A stretch of 63,855 nt of DNA, counting the filler, from Choristocarpus tenellus KU-1152 (lineage: Eukaryota > Protista > Phaeophyceae): NCBI GenBank assembly GCA_964200185.2. It is 11 parts of 11 records of this genome, joined end to end, with 100 filler letters (N's around TTAATTAATTAA, not from the genome) between each part and the next. Parts side by side here need not be neighbours in the genome. Positions count along the whole stretch, not along the records: positions 1 to 4,241 come from CAXNAD020015523.1; positions 4,342 to 14,866 come from CAXNAD020002876.1; 9 more parts are not named here. The stretch is one strand, 5' to 3'. Positions 1-13,286 of the stretch are shown piece after piece. Each line of letters starts with the position of its first letter. The stretch's first letter is position 1. The notes below the pieces were generated by a model, which had not been told where the DNA came from, did no database searches, and worked only from the letters and a program-made list of their open reading frames with translations. The position numbers were made by a program, and so were the translations under genes.

Positions 1-68
1 TCTCCTGGTCAGGGCCCGTATGGACACCCTGATGTAGACCCTTCCCCTCCCCCAGATGCTTTTGAGCC
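1..68 (-). mobile_element. MITE family B, partial
   Basis: Ends ...cccccagatgcttttgagcc; internal tggacaccctgatgtagacc is the reverse complement of the start of the other B copies. Confidence 0.8.
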
Positions 69-989
69 TGTCATCAGATGCATCGAAATTTCCTGTTGTA
101 CATCATGTGTGAACCTGTGCAATTAAATAGCATCCTTTACATGACTCTAGATATAAGAAACAAGCTTCAGCAGATGATTTGATGGTGAAGACATCTATTT
201 CGTGTCTTCAATCATAAACAATAAAAACAATAAATATGGAGAGTGTTCAACACAATGATTGGTATTGTTATGCTAGCTAATCAAACAATATTTCCACAAT
301 GGTAGCCCCACACCCTATTGTGTATCACAACAGATGGGTTTCAAAGCAAAACGCACACTAGGCAGTAGTAATGAGAAATGTAGGTACAATGTGGCAGTCT
401 ACCGCGATAGCTGCAGTTCCTCGGTGTTGTCCACTATCCTAAACTCTGACTAACATATTATCATTGGATACTACATCATACTGATTACTGTGGGAATCAA
501 CAGAACAGTTGTTCCTATTCCCTACTTCGCCACCTGTTCTACCCTGTTGCATCATGGAGTCTGGGAAAATGACTTGAGCGGACCACCTTAGACTTTGCAA
601 AATGCCAAGCCCAAAACACTCACATGCACACTGAAATAGTTACATGTCCTGAGAGGATGATAAAATACACCTCCCAGACATTCAATTGAGACTGAAACCA
701 ACTGGATGTTGCCTAATGGTAATTTCAGGTTCGAAAATTAAGCTCCAATTTTTTGTTTTGAAACGAGTGAAGCTCAACTCAACTGCATCATCCCCTTGCC
801 GACATAAGTTCGCCCCTTGCACACTCTTACCAATAATCATTTTCAGCTGAATAATTTCCATATTTTAAGGTATAGATTGAGCTAAAGTGAATCTGATGGA
901 ACAGCATTTTGAAATGTACTAATTTGAACGGATTGATTGGACCAAGGTGAATCAGTGGATTAGTGGTGGACATCATCATACCATCAATG

Positions 990-1670
990 CAAATTATGAA
1001 CTATTTTCATATGAATGATACCGTCTCTCGATCCCTGTGGTCATTATCAGTACAGCTGAAATTGTGGTACTCATCATCACCTTCTCCCGAGCAAGAACCC
1101 CCAGTCCCTGGGAAATTAAGATTTGCCCAGTCAGCACGACATATGAACGCACAGCAGGATTGTTCTTCTCATAAATCACATCTCCTTGTGTGAGCACCTC
1201 GAGCTATCCCCATACAGGTGATGGTTTCAGGCAGATTAAATTGGGGATTGTGGAGAACATTTGCTTCTGTGTCATCACAGTCTGGTGACTGAGGTCAAAA
1301 GCTATTGCCGATGTTAGACTTCTTCATCAGTACATAGACCAAAGCATCGATTTCTTGTTTTGCAAAGGAAAACAATATTCTGGCCTTCACTTCGTTGGGT
1401 ACATGATGGACGTCATATACACTCAGGACCTCATGGTAAGATGATTCATTAGTGATAAATAACCAACACCAGGCTTGATGAAGCTCCTTCTTGGACATGG
1501 ATGGACTCTCACATTGGTACAGCGCACGAGCTCTAGCGCTTGATCTTTGCTGAGGCAGTCAAACAGGGTCCACATAAGCCCCAGTCTGTCCAGCGCTTCC
1601 TGAAACTTGATCAGATCGCTGACACATCGATCGCTAGGATAGATACGAGCTATGGTCCGAACCACCTGTG
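990..1670 (-). pseudogene. Degraded gene containing a cyclic-nucleotide-binding-like domain
   Basis: Three ORF pieces join through frameshifts and one TAG: ...KQMFSTIPNLICLKPSPVWG*LEVLTQGDVIYEKNNPAVRSYVVLTGQILIS. This resembles the cNMP-binding beta-roll start (GDVIY.QG.PA..FYVVLSG.V). Confidence 0.45.
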
Positions 1671-1982
1671 CTGGGAGGATTCACTTACCTAGGTATGAAT
1701 GGTCTCCATAGTAGTCTATCTTGACACTACATACTCTGCTGTAGGAGTCCCTTACCTGCAGGAGATCTGTCCTCCACACAAGATCTATCTGCCAACCAAA
1801 ACTTCAGATTTCAGGAGATGTTTTTTCGTTCTGTTTTGTCAAGTGATTGAGATACGCCACATACCTCTAACCTTTCCTCGTTGAGCCCCGTCTCAGCCAA
1901 GTTGCCTCTAAAGGCAGTAGAGGTTAAGCCAACCATCTAGCCTGCCCGTGACGAAAACGATTTCCGAACCAGACTTTGAGAT

Positions 1983-2158
1983 ACTTAAAGTATCTGGTGG
2001 GGGGGGGGTCTACACCAAGGTGTCCATTTGGACCCTGACCAGGAGAAGTGCACTTACTTTACCCATCCGACACATGCAACCAAATCACCCAAAAATCGCG
2101 ACATGAAAAAAATGGGCCCCAAATGGACAGCCACCACCTCCCCCAGATACTTTGAGCC
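1983..2158 (+). mobile_element. MITE family B (~180 bp)
   Basis: aaagtatctgg...cccagatactttgagcc terminal inverted repeats; body matches the copies at 11674, 32855, 54953 and 55244. Confidence 0.85.
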
Positions 2159-2969
2159 AGACGAAGGGCTTATGCGACACATAGCGAATATCTGAAACGC
2201 TTTCGCTGTGGTCTTTTTATATTTTCCAATTTCTCTACAAATAATAACACTTAGACTGGTGTTAACAACCCAATTTCTTTCAATTTTGTTTGGCATTTGG
2301 AAATACTTCCGTTCTAACCTTTATTGGTGTCATTCGTAATCTGAAACAAAAAATTATCCACATTTCCAAAATTCCAGATTGAAGCAACACATATCATGTT
2401 TGAAACAAACACAGTACATGGTCAAAGCAGATGGTACAAGTTGGACTACAACGACCGAAATTCACCCTAACTGTCCACTCAAAGGGTAACTGACAACTGG
2501 AAAGGTTGCAGCCGACTGTCGTGTGAGAGCATCTCTACAGTTGAAATAGAGAAGGGGAGTCTAGCCAGCAGCAAAGTGTCTGGGTCAAGAGGGAGGCCTC
2601 AGGCAACATTATTGGAACCTGTCCAGTTCGTAGGTCATACAAGTTCAAATATTTTCGGACATCTCCAGTCCAGGGATGTCAGATATTTTAATCAGACCGG
2701 GCTGTGGGCTGGCCTGGAGCCAAAACAAAATGTACTATCTCTGTGTCATAAGTTTGTGCCAGAATCATCTGGGCTCGCCGAGCGAGAACGACGCCGAACG
2801 GGACGATAACCCCACAGAATGAAAATGGGTTGATAATCTCAGCTTTCAGACAAGGTGGGAGTCGAGGATTATCTGGTACCCACTCGAGGAGGTCTAAGCC
2901 GTCAAAGTAGGGGCCTTTTGGGGTAATTTTGAGCCTAGAACTGGGCACGTCGAGGGTCAAGACGTCGGC

Positions 2970-4241
2970 ATGGCAACCCCACCGTCGACCCCCGCACGTA
3001 GGAAGGGTGCACAAGTGTCTCTGAATACCAGGGTTGCGCTTGCAGTTCGGCACGCCCTCGTGATGGTCCCTAGTGAGCATAAACTGCCGCGACACGTTGG
3101 GCCGGCCCTCACAACGGAGTTTGGAGTGTCCGAGCATTACATGCGAGGGCTCTGGGAGGATGTCGCCGATCAGCTCGCCCGTGCCCACACGCTTGACCTA
3201 GGGGTGGCGGCACGTGGTGGGCGGTCTTCGGAACTCACACCGACCCAGATGGCCGCAATACATAGTATCAACTCCGATAATCGGTCGTCCACAGTGCGTC
3301 AGGTGACAGTGAAGATGGCCGCCAAGGGGCTGAATTATAGCACTACCACCATAAAGAGGTGGTTGGATGATATGAGAGCCATACCGAATCGCCGCTGGAT
3401 CAAATCCAAGCTTAAATCGTGGCAAAAGGTATGGAGAACGGACTTCGTTTGCGATCAAGTGGACCGGAAACGTGGTGTGTATGCCTCCATGGCAAACACG
3501 ATCCATGTGGATGAAACCTGGTTTTACGTGATGGCTGATGGGGAAAGAGTCAAATTATCTTAGAGGGTAGAGCCGCGTCCATCTGGGGACCAAATCCAAT
3601 GTTGCGATTTTGATGTAATTTTGGCTGTCGTGTGCGTTAAGGAAGTGTCAATATCCTTGTTGCGGACAGACCTTTTTATAATGTATACATTTTACCTACT
3701 TTCAAACATTCTGGAGTAGGAAAAGCCATGAAGAAAAGCATGGGAAGTCAAGCCCCAAATGGACAGATCGGGAAAAACTCGTACTCTCTAACATACTTTC
3801 ACTCATACTGTTAGGGTATTTCCGCATGAGGATGATAGCGACCTTCCAGAGTCCCCTACTGTGCAGCACAAGAGTCGTATCTCCAAAACCATGATCATTG
3901 CAGCCAACAACCGACCAGATTCGGCCTACAGCTTTGACGGAAAGCTTAGTGTTTGGCTTGTGTGTTCGTCATAAACGGCAGACAGGACAAGCAAGAACCA
4001 TTTAAAGGGGGATGTGTATGAGCACGACTGTACTTCAGTCCATTTGTGGTACAGGAAAGTGGTACACGGAGGAGTTTCTGCCTGCAATCAAGACCAAGAT
4101 GCCTTGGTTTCAGGGGAAGCACGTTGTCATCCAGCAAGACGGTGCCACCCCCCACACAACCAAGGGCAACTCAGAAATCTTGTCAGAGGCAGGGAAGACT
4201 GAGGGGTGGTCGATTAGGCTTGTGACGCAGCCATTTAACTC
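2970..4241 (+). mobile_element. Tc1/mariner-superfamily transposase pseudogene (plant/oomycete mariner-like), interrupted by a MITE
   Basis: N-terminal HTH-like region, then IHVDETWFY, and after the MITE VIQQDGATPH and LVTQPFNS(PD); frameshifted and cut by the gap. Confidence 0.9.
3547..3804 (+). mobile_element. MITE family A (~255 bp), inside the mariner transposase
   Basis: gagtcaaattatcttagagggta...tactctctaacatactttcactc; removing it roughly restores ...ADGE-TVRVFPHED. Confidence 0.9.
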
Positions 4242-4341
4242 NNNNNNNNNNNNNNNNNNNNNNNNNNNNNNNNNNNNNNNNNNNNTTAATTAATTAANNN
4301 NNNNNNNNNNNNNNNNNNNNNNNNNNNNNNNNNNNNNNNNN
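4242..4341. other. Assembly linker, first of 10 (others start at 14867, 21348, 33039, 38278, 41381, 45293, 52024, 54834, 60108)
   Basis: Identical 100-bp N run with a central TTAATTAATTAA (stop codons in all six frames). Confidence 0.97.
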
Positions 4342-4400
4342 CCCCAACCCCAACCCCACCCCCAACCCCAACCCCAACCCCAACCCCAACCCCAACCCCC
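4342..4400 (+). repeat. (CCCCAA)n telomere-variant microsatellite
   Basis: About 9-10 units directly visible at the contig edge. Confidence 0.9.
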
Positions 4401-4457
4401 TTCCAAAATTTCAACACTTTAAACTGCAACATATAAAAAAAAGACGGTGCAACCTAC

Positions 4458-7342
4458 CCTGTGGTAGTGAAGAAGAGCCCAAGGAGGAGCCCCCGGAATG
4501 GTGCAATGTTGGCCTCCACCTGCGTCCTGTAGTTGGTCTCAGCCAGGAGTGTGCCAGCCGCAAATGCACCCAAGGTGCTGCTGAGTCCGATGGCATCCGT
4601 GAGCTCGCCCATACCCAACGCCACCAGCAGACACAACGCAACAAACGTCTCCGAGCTGCGTGCCCCTACATTTTTTTTCCGGATCCCACATAATGTCGGT
4701 GGGGCAGCGAGGAGTCATAGGACGGTTTGTTTGTTTGTTGTTGGCAATTGTGGTGCTGATGTGTGAGGAATGAGTCAAAAGGGGGGAGAGAATCAACATC
4801 GAGGAAGGGATGGGTGTACGTGGATAAAATAGGCGAATTAGGTGCATAATGCTTCTCATCACTGTCGGTTGCTCGGTTTGTAGCATATTCGATGGCGCTT
4901 ATCTGCTGAGGACTTTCGGGCACATTCCAGGACCTCCATCGAGAAGGAGCACACATTACACTAGATTCATGGTATGTCTCTTCTGCAGACCACAAAAACA
5001 AAGAACCATGTGTCAGCTCCCAGGTGTTGAGACAAAAGATGGCATAAATTGAAGAGGACATACGTGCCTCCTCCTCCTACTCCTCCTGCTCTCTCCCTCC
5101 CCTTCTCCCACCTGCCACCAGCTCAAATATCCGCCTCAAGAAAAACCGCCCTGCGACAAGGATTGCCCCGAGGCCCCCCACAGCCTTGGCCACCGTCTCT
5201 CCCAACAGCATCAGTTGTTCTCCCAGTGAAACACTTACACCACCCTGGGACTCAATCAATGGTAGCAACACAAGGAGTGGCACAACAGCAATGTCTTGGA
5301 GGAGGAGGATACCAAGCACTGCTCGACCAAACTGCTTACTTTTCTGCCCCTTTTCCTGCAAAACCATGTGTGATGCATGTGCCAATATACAGTGGGAGGT
5401 TGGGAGGGGGGGGGCGGTCAGGTTGAAAGGATTCACCGTTGCTGTAGAGATATGCTATAGTGCAGGGTATCTTCAAGGTTACCAGCAAAAAAAATACACC
5501 CATCACAAACACATGCATACCACAATCATCCCCAAGTGCAGATAACTAAATGCTCCTTGTCTGAGTCACAGTGAGGTGACTACTGTCTCACTTGGTCCAA
5601 GCAAGTAGTACCTTCACTCAACACATGTTAATGTAGTAGTCGATCAACATTCAAGTATTTCAAAGTAATTATCAGTGCACTACAGCCGTAGTGAATGTTT
5701 CATGCAATTGCAAGCGAATAATGGTTTGATCACAGCATCAACAGTGAAGAAATCTGCAGGATTCCCTTCAAATTCTCTCATACAAATTCTTGCCCCTCAC
5801 GATCTTACGTTAATACCAGGAAGAACGTACAAAGATGAAAAACACAATATATCGCATCACAGCACCTATATTTGTGCTCACATTCCACCCTTTCTATACA
5901 TTTACCACCGCTGGGTGGTGATGGGAATTATTGATTGTTAACCATGACCCCACTACTTCGATTGCTCGTGAATGACGCACCTTCTGTACTGCAAGTTACT
6001 TACCAAGGTCAGCAGCCAGTCCGCATGAACTCCATCCCACACTCATGATAGCACCGTAGCATGCACACCAAACTATCCCTTCCAAGTCTATTCTATCATT
6101 CAAGCAGTTATGATATTTGTTTCGTACTATTACAATTGAATACTTTGAAGTAGGAACCACCCTTCTCTGTTTTGCTCACACTATCCCCTTGTTATTGATC
6201 GCTTCTTTGTTATTGACCGCTTCTCATCAGGCCCACCTAGTAAATGGAAATTGCACCTAAAACTCCAGAGCTAGGGAGCAGAAGAAAGAGAAGAGAAAAA
6301 ACAATGCAAAAAAAGAGCGCACCGGGATTCTTTGCTCACCTGCAATATCTTCAGGACAAACGCTGAGCTGGAGAGGGACAAGGCAGCTCCAATGACCACA
6401 GCCTCATCAACACGCTGGATTCCGACCAGATACGGGGGAGAATGGAAAACAAGCTCAAGGAAGTCGACCCCTCCCACAAATGGGAATGAAGCAAAAGCGA
6501 GAGTGCACAGCACCACCTGTCGCCAACAAGGGAATGAGGGCAAGGTAACTATCACTTGGAGGGTTTGGACAGATATTTCAAGCGCCAAAGGGTGAATATC
6601 GCGGCGTTTGCAATATTGACCTATCCAACAACCATTATTCCTGCTGAAATTTAGTATGAGACTGAGCCTTGCGGCGGCAAAAATCTACACAAAGAGCGCG
6701 TTGACTCACCTGGGCTGTTCCCAGCCCGAAAGCATAGCGACTCAGTGCCTTCAATCTGTCCAAACTGAGTTCCAAACCCTGCTCAAAGAGCAAAAAGCTA
6801 ATCCCTAGCTCTCCGAGTGTATTTAGCTCAGTCAGATCTTTGATTAGGCTGAGTCCGCCTGGTCCGAGCAGTGTTCCTGCCCCAAGGAACCCCAGCACGG
6901 GGCTGATGTTCAGCTTTTTGCACACTGGCACGACAACACATGTCGCTGCCAGAAACATCAATGCATCATTGCCCAGCACAGAGAGCGTTTCAGCCGCAGC
7001 TGCTGCAGAAGATGACCGTAATGGTGCAGGCGCATGTCTCGGTCGTCGCCGAACTTCCCGAAAGGTCCGTTGCGATTGTAACCTGGTGAACCCGTTCCAG
7101 CCAACTTGAAGCCTGGCGAGGTTAAGAGAGGGAACCACAGAATTACATCCGATACCTTGTGCGCTCCTTGATTCACATAAGCGGGACCGATCTGTCCAAC
7201 TTGTCCAAATCCTTTGAGGCGGAAGGTTGGGGCTGAAACCCTGAATCTCGCGCCCACAGGCACTCAAAAGTGCGGTGAAAGACAAGAGGCTTGTCTTCCA
7301 ACGCTCGCGCCTATACTTGCATATTCTCTGTGTACTATCCAT
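4458..7342 (-). CDS. KEA3: Plastid K+/H+ antiporter (CPA2/KefC family, KEA3-type), 3' partial; exons 7342-6710, 6516-6340, 5355-5112, 4665-4458
   Basis: GT-AG introns keep the frame. Motifs ISPVLGFLGAG, ELGISFLLFEQGLELS, SLSSSAFVL, GILLLQDIAVVPLLV and LGAFAAGTLLAETNYRTQVEANIAPFRGLLLGLFFTTTG. Hydrophobic signal followed by QG-FSP suggests bipartite plastid targeting. Start Met is inferred. Confidence 0.9.
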
Positions 7343-7482
7343 CTCTTCAACAGTGGTTTTATTTGGCAAGATTAACCGATGCTTCCTTTGTCCCTGCCAT
7401 TCCCTTCCAATCAATTGCAGGTGGAAATCTTGAAGGGTTATCATAGTACCACATTTCAGGTTGAGTTGGCGAGTTGACTATT

Positions 7483-7518
<36 letters not shown>
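7483..7518 (+). repeat. (CTA)n microsatellite
   Basis: About 12 units upstream of KEA3. Confidence 0.95.
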
Positions 7519-7739
7519 TAGTTTCTTTACTCTACCGTATAATTATAGTATGTCGTATAATAGTATAGAGTGGGACATTTTGTTGATGTCACCAAAACCA
7601 AACCAATATATACCACACAATAACTGTCATAAAAGTAACGGTTTGTTTTGCTCACGAATTCTGGATTATTGTTATCTTATTCCTTCTTTGCAATTCACTC
7701 ATTTCCCCAGTCCTTTCATTCCTCATGTATCCCCTCTTC

Positions 7740-7905
7740 TGACCAGCCCAGTGCAACCTCTTCGCCACTAGTTTCCTATATACCCCACAACTCTAATGAC
7801 CAACCAGTGCGAACCCCTTTCGTCACTGATTTCCAGTCACCCCCCCCCATGAGATGACCAACCAGTGCGACCCCTTCGCCCTGAATTCCAGTCACCCCCC
7901 CCACC
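7740..7905 (+). repeat. ~58-bp tandem repeat, three copies
   Basis: tgaccaaccagtgcgaccccttcgcc...ttccagtcaccccc at 7740, 7797 and 7855. Confidence 0.8.
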
Positions 7906-8629
7906 CTTCAACCCCACAGCCATTACCACTCCCCTCAACCCCGCAGCCGTTACCACTCCACTTACCCCACACCACACCACACCACTCCACACCACTCCAC
8001 AATCATCCAAGAACACCCCTTCATGATCCACTTCATACCGTGCCTTTGAGCTAGAAGATGTTACCCCGACCGAACTTGACCTCCCCCCCCTTTACCAGTG
8101 TTCCCGTCGGTCGTGAGCAAGCGACAGGATGGGTGGGCGGGAAAGCTTGCTCGGAGGTTGTCTTGTTCTCGCCCTCCTCGTCCAGTACCCCTGGTTCTCA
8201 GCTCTCTTATCAGATACTGATAATTTCTTCCCCATCCCTCTTCCTACTACTCGTTTCTTGTCACCTTTCTCCCCCCTCTCTTAGCCAGTCATTCCTTAAC
8301 TATTCATTCCCTTCTTGCACACTTATTTTTCTTTTCTCTACCCTCTCTTGTCCTGTGCCCCCAGCCAACTAGAATTCTTCCGACCACAAAACTCAGATTA
8401 CTTCATAAACTTTCACTTGTGGTTATATACCCTTTTGAATCAAAAATTGTTGTACTGGTGGAAAACGAACACAAAAATTGTCATGCATTTTAACCTGAAG
8501 ACACAAGAGAGATGGGCAAGGAAGGGCTTGTTAGATTCTTGGGACGCTTCCCTAGCTCCTCACCCTGGTTGGATGCACAGGAAGGCAGTGGTACAGCATA
8601 GCTGGTAGTAAAATAGTAAATAGATCATA

Positions 8630-8750
8630 GTAAAATGTCATTCACATTTTGACAAATGTTACTTTTTTAAGGGTTCTGACATTTGTATGGTTTTTCATTG
8701 GTTTTTCCTCTGACACATCTGCAACATGTTAGAGGGCATAATAACAAGTA
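8630..8750 (+). repeat. Dispersed AT-rich repeat with internal hairpin (other copies ~9020-9085, ~22615-22725, ~44550-44680 reverse, ~56790-56890)
   Basis: Shared core ttcattggtt..cctctgacacatctgcaaaatgtcagagggcataataa. Confidence 0.8.
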
Positions 8751-11673
8751 ATACAAAAATACTCCGCTACAGGTTGATAACTACAATGTGACGTGTACAC
8801 TGTTACATGCCTTTAAACGTAGCTTAGCCCTCTATGAAGGTGGGCGAGGATCTATAGGGAAGCATCCGTAGACTGCTGTTTGTGTTTGTGTTTCCCTAAC
8901 GTGTAAGTACATGCATTATTATACCGACTTACACGATATATACGATCATAACCTACATTCCACTCTGTATGATCATCGGTATACTGTGTATATACAAGCT
9001 CAATTTGTCACCACCCATACGATATTCATTGGTTCCCCTCTTGACACATCTGTAAAATGTCAGAGGGCACAATAATAAAACATATATTTGGAGTACATGT
9101 TTTGACTCAGACTTCTTGTTACAAAACATAACCTTGATGCCTTGTTTTATAGTTTATTGTCTTGCCCCCTTGTGAGACCTTGACCTCCCTCTGCAATACG
9201 TGTACATCAATGCATACGTGGATGATGATATACATTCAGAGTGAATACATCCACACCTTCCTTATTAAGGTAACAAGGCTCTAATCGGAGCACACATCAC
9301 TATCCTGGACTATGGCACTGGATAGTATTGTACTGTACAAGTATTCAACAAGCCTCTTTACAGAGCACACAACCAGACTTGCGCAATGAATTCCATCAGT
9401 GCTTCAGTGCACTGGGCCATCTCTTCACCTTACAAGACTTAAAGTCTCAACACAGAGGACTCCACCAGAATCAACAATATAAGGTTTTAACATCTTCCAA
9501 AAGGAAAAACCATGCATGCCTATCCTCCTGTCCCCCACCCTCACGCCCGCCTTCAAGGTCCTGTGTCTGCCAATACCACCTCTCTACCGCAAACCTCATC
9601 AAGCACACGAGGGAGAACTGGAACAGAGCCCACACCAGGCCTCAGGGACAGATCACCAATCACACCTGCTCATGCGACTACAACTTCTGCAAGAACAGGT
9701 AAGGGTGCAAATCAAAGCCTATCAAGGACACCCTAGGGGATCCCGCCGAGATGAACTTCCTCTTGTGAAGTGCACCCCTGATGTTTCCCTCCTCCATCTA
9801 TATCATTCCTTACAGGAATCACATTATCCTAGAGGAAGATCTGCCGTCCCTTCGAGGCCTTTGTGACCATGTTGTTGTGATTCTTCTATATCATTCTTGC
9901 GACCGTGTGACACATATAGGGACAATCTCCTTTTTCTGGACGCACCTTCTTTGTTCATCCCCCTGCCTCTGGTGTCTTCTTGCAATCAATGTGTGTTCGT
10001 GATTTCTGTGTGTATTTTGTGGCTTTGAAGGAGTATCATGTAGAGGGCACTCGCACGAGATACATTTCGATGGTAATTTGTAAAGGTGGTGGGACAAAAG
10101 TTGAGAGGACATGTTGAGAGGGAGCGGGAAAGGAGCACACTGAAGAGTAGGAGGCAATAGCGAAGGTGAATATCCAAAAGGCCACCAGGGTCATCATGCT
10201 TTAAATAACTCAACACATTGTACAGCATAGGCTATCAAAACCAACTGGCTCTGCTAGAGAACGAGGATGAGGAGTCGTAGCCCATGTGGGAGAGGCTGTG
10301 TACTGTCATGTATCCACATCCCAACTATACGGAGTTGTCCCAGGTGCAGATTCTCCGAGATGAGAACCTCGGCAACCTGAAGTCTAGGGGTGGGAAGATG
10401 TTCATCGCAGGTTCCACGACTCCTTTCCCTTCTTTGTACAGCTCGTGGGGTAAGTAATGCTGCAGGGTTGCAGGGATAATGCCTCTGGCCGCCCAGGCAC
10501 CTCCCTGGAGGCGAAGGTATTTTCTTTCTTCCACACCCTCCGAAAAGTAAAATCACTGGATTTATTTTTTTTCCAACATGAGTGAGAGAGCGGCACAAAG
10601 ACTATTGTATAAGTTTTGCAAGGGCTATCTGAATTACTCTTTTTGACCTCCACGGTGTTGACTTAGGAGTATGTATCGTGGACTTTCTTTGTGGCTCTGT
10701 CGGTTGGCAAAATTTGTCTTCTTTGAGTCATAATATAGTCCAATCTCTACTCGTCCCTACTGGGGCAGAATTCACACATTGGTTAATATCTGGGATGTTT
10801 GAACTTAGACACAGAGAAAGGGCACTGCATTTATGTAGAGACAAGCATAATGTACAAGGTTTAAGAAAAATGATCTTCTCATAAACATTGTTATCCTTTC
10901 TCAAATTGTTATCCAACCCACTCATTTCTTGCAATGCCTCCAGTAATTTCATGCATAAAGGAATATTGAGTCAAACTGCATTAACCTGCTCCTACTCCGC
11001 CATTTATTTTCGCCTCTTTCCTGCCCTGGCCCCCGTCACCTTTTCTCAATGTCCATTCCACAACCTTCGCAAATTTCAATCAAATTGCATCTTGTGTCCA
11101 TGAGATGTACAACATGGTACGGTTACAATGCATGTCTTGCCAGTGCGATCTACATAATGCTCCTTCTAAACGAACAACGCGCAGAAAAAACACACAGTGA
11201 TTGACTGTGAGGAGATGGCGGGCAGAAGCGTGAAAAGAAAGATATGTCCAGATGAAGGAATCTCCGACGCATGAACTGAAATGAGACACAAAAATCACCT
11301 GTCAAAAAGGCCCCAAATGGGCACCTGATCCTCCCTCTAGGATACAATGAGTGCCAAGACCTTGATGTAAAATCCCTGGTGAAAGTCCTTCCAGTAAGCG
11401 TTTTAAAAAGCGTTGAAGAAAAATAAATATACATTACCAAGAACTGTTGCTGGGTATACGGGTAGAATATGCTCTTCACATGTATTAATTTGGGGGACTG
11501 AGCCTCGGTGTTGATATCAGCTGGCGTAACCTCTGATCTGACCTATCGTACCACGATGCTCCATACTACTAAGTTTTGGGTTGGTACTGAACATATCATA
11601 AACGTATATTAAACCGTCACACTGTGTTGTATACTGCATTGCATGCTTACATCACCAAACGTGGTAAAAATAT

Positions 11674-11853
11674 GGCTCAAAGTATCTGGGGGGAGGGGGG
11701 GGGTCTACACCAGAGTGTCCATTTGTGCCCTGACTAGAAGAAGCGAACTTACATTATCCATCCGATGCATGCAACCAAACCGCCCAAAAATCGCGACATA
11801 GAAGAATGGGCCTCGATTGGACTGCCGTCACCCCACCCCAGATACTTTGAGCC
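11674..11853 (+). mobile_element. MITE family B
   Basis: ggctcaaagtatctgggg...ccccagatactttgagcc; flanks atat/ataa. Confidence 0.9.
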
Positions 11854-12229
11854 ATAACACAGGCATTGCAATGGCAGGTATGATACGCTAGATCTCATGT
11901 CAAAATGCTTAGACTATGGGAAGAAGGGACACCTGTGTAAGACTCTCGCCAGGGGAGGGTGAGCCCATCTACTCGGACTGAAATCTTGACTTGGGCAGCG
12001 AAGCAGCCCAGCAAGAAGGAGCAAAGAATACGGAGATTGAACTTTAGAAGTTTTCTCTGGGTCTTATGATCGACAACATTAGGGAGTGCTCGGATTGGAG
12101 ATAGGGTGTTTTGACCCAGGGACTTTAATGTGAAGTCGGCTGTTGTCCCTGACAACTGCATTTAATTTCCTTTCCTCTCGCCCCGCCTGTGCATCTCGTG
12201 GGGTTACAACCAAAGTTGACTCATGATAC

Positions 12230-13247
12230 CTACCACATATCTGATGGGGAGGGTATACTGCTCAAATTTGAATGGGATAGTGCAATGTACTTGGCAAATA
12301 CCGTGCACTAGAAACACCCACTTGCATACTTTCTCCTCGCATTCGTGAAAAGGCTAGAAATGTGGATCCACTCGCATTACTACTGGAGCTGTGGGGTATT
12401 GAGGATGGTATATCATTAGACTGATAGAAGGTACAAGAGGAATACGAGGTCGATATCTCTTGTTCGGATGGGGGGATAATGAGGTGGTGATGATAAAGAT
12501 TTCTCATGAATTGGTGAGAGTCCAGGAAGTGGGATGGATGCCAGCAAGGGAGATGCAGATAGCAGAAGCCGAAGACTGGACAAGAGTGGCACAACATTCT
12601 GCAGCGCCGCAGCAGACCTGTTGGCCACGCAAACTTGCTTAATTTTTTTTCTGTTGCTTTATTTTATAGAGCTTGTGATACTTGTTCGAAGTATTTTGAC
12701 TGTTACTATTGCGACTAGATTTGTTGCCTGTGCCAGTGATGAATCCGGTATTAGCGAATTATCACCCTAAGACTGTAGGGGCAACATGTAGTTGCCCTAA
12801 ATGTGATTTGCGGCATCGAGTTAGAGCAGAGGAGTTGTCTGCTTTGTTGTTGAATGGAAGCTAGGTGAAGGCCGTTTTCCCCCCCGGATGCCAGGCAATT
12901 GACAGTAGGTGGGGATCCACAAGTACAACTCTAACAAATTTTATTAGGTAGTGAGGTACAAGGCACGTCTGATACCAAAGGTTATGATCAGATTTAGAGT
13001 TTAGATTGTCGAAATACCTTTGCTCCGACTCCATTGCCGACAAAGATTGAGATTTGATGCATTGGGATGTCAAGCAGGCCTTTGGTAAATGCAGAAAGCA
13101 ATGAGGAGATGATGTATGTTTGTGTTGTGGATGTGATCCCGGGTCGGGGAGGATTGTCTATTTACTGAAAGCACTATATGGTATCAAGTTGGGTAGCAGA
13201 GAGTTCTATAATTTGTTGGTACATACTCCGGAGTGGGTCAAAGTATC

Positions 13248-13286
<39 letters not shown>

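Noticed and set aside
3547-3804. MITEs acting as introners (self-made introns)
   Set aside because: MITE ends do not coincide with the GT/AG boundaries of any intron found; copies sit inside existing introns or disrupt ORFs.
4242-4341. TTAATTAATTAA palindrome recurring ten times
   Set aside because: Always centred in identical 100-bp N runs, so it is an artificial scaffolding linker.
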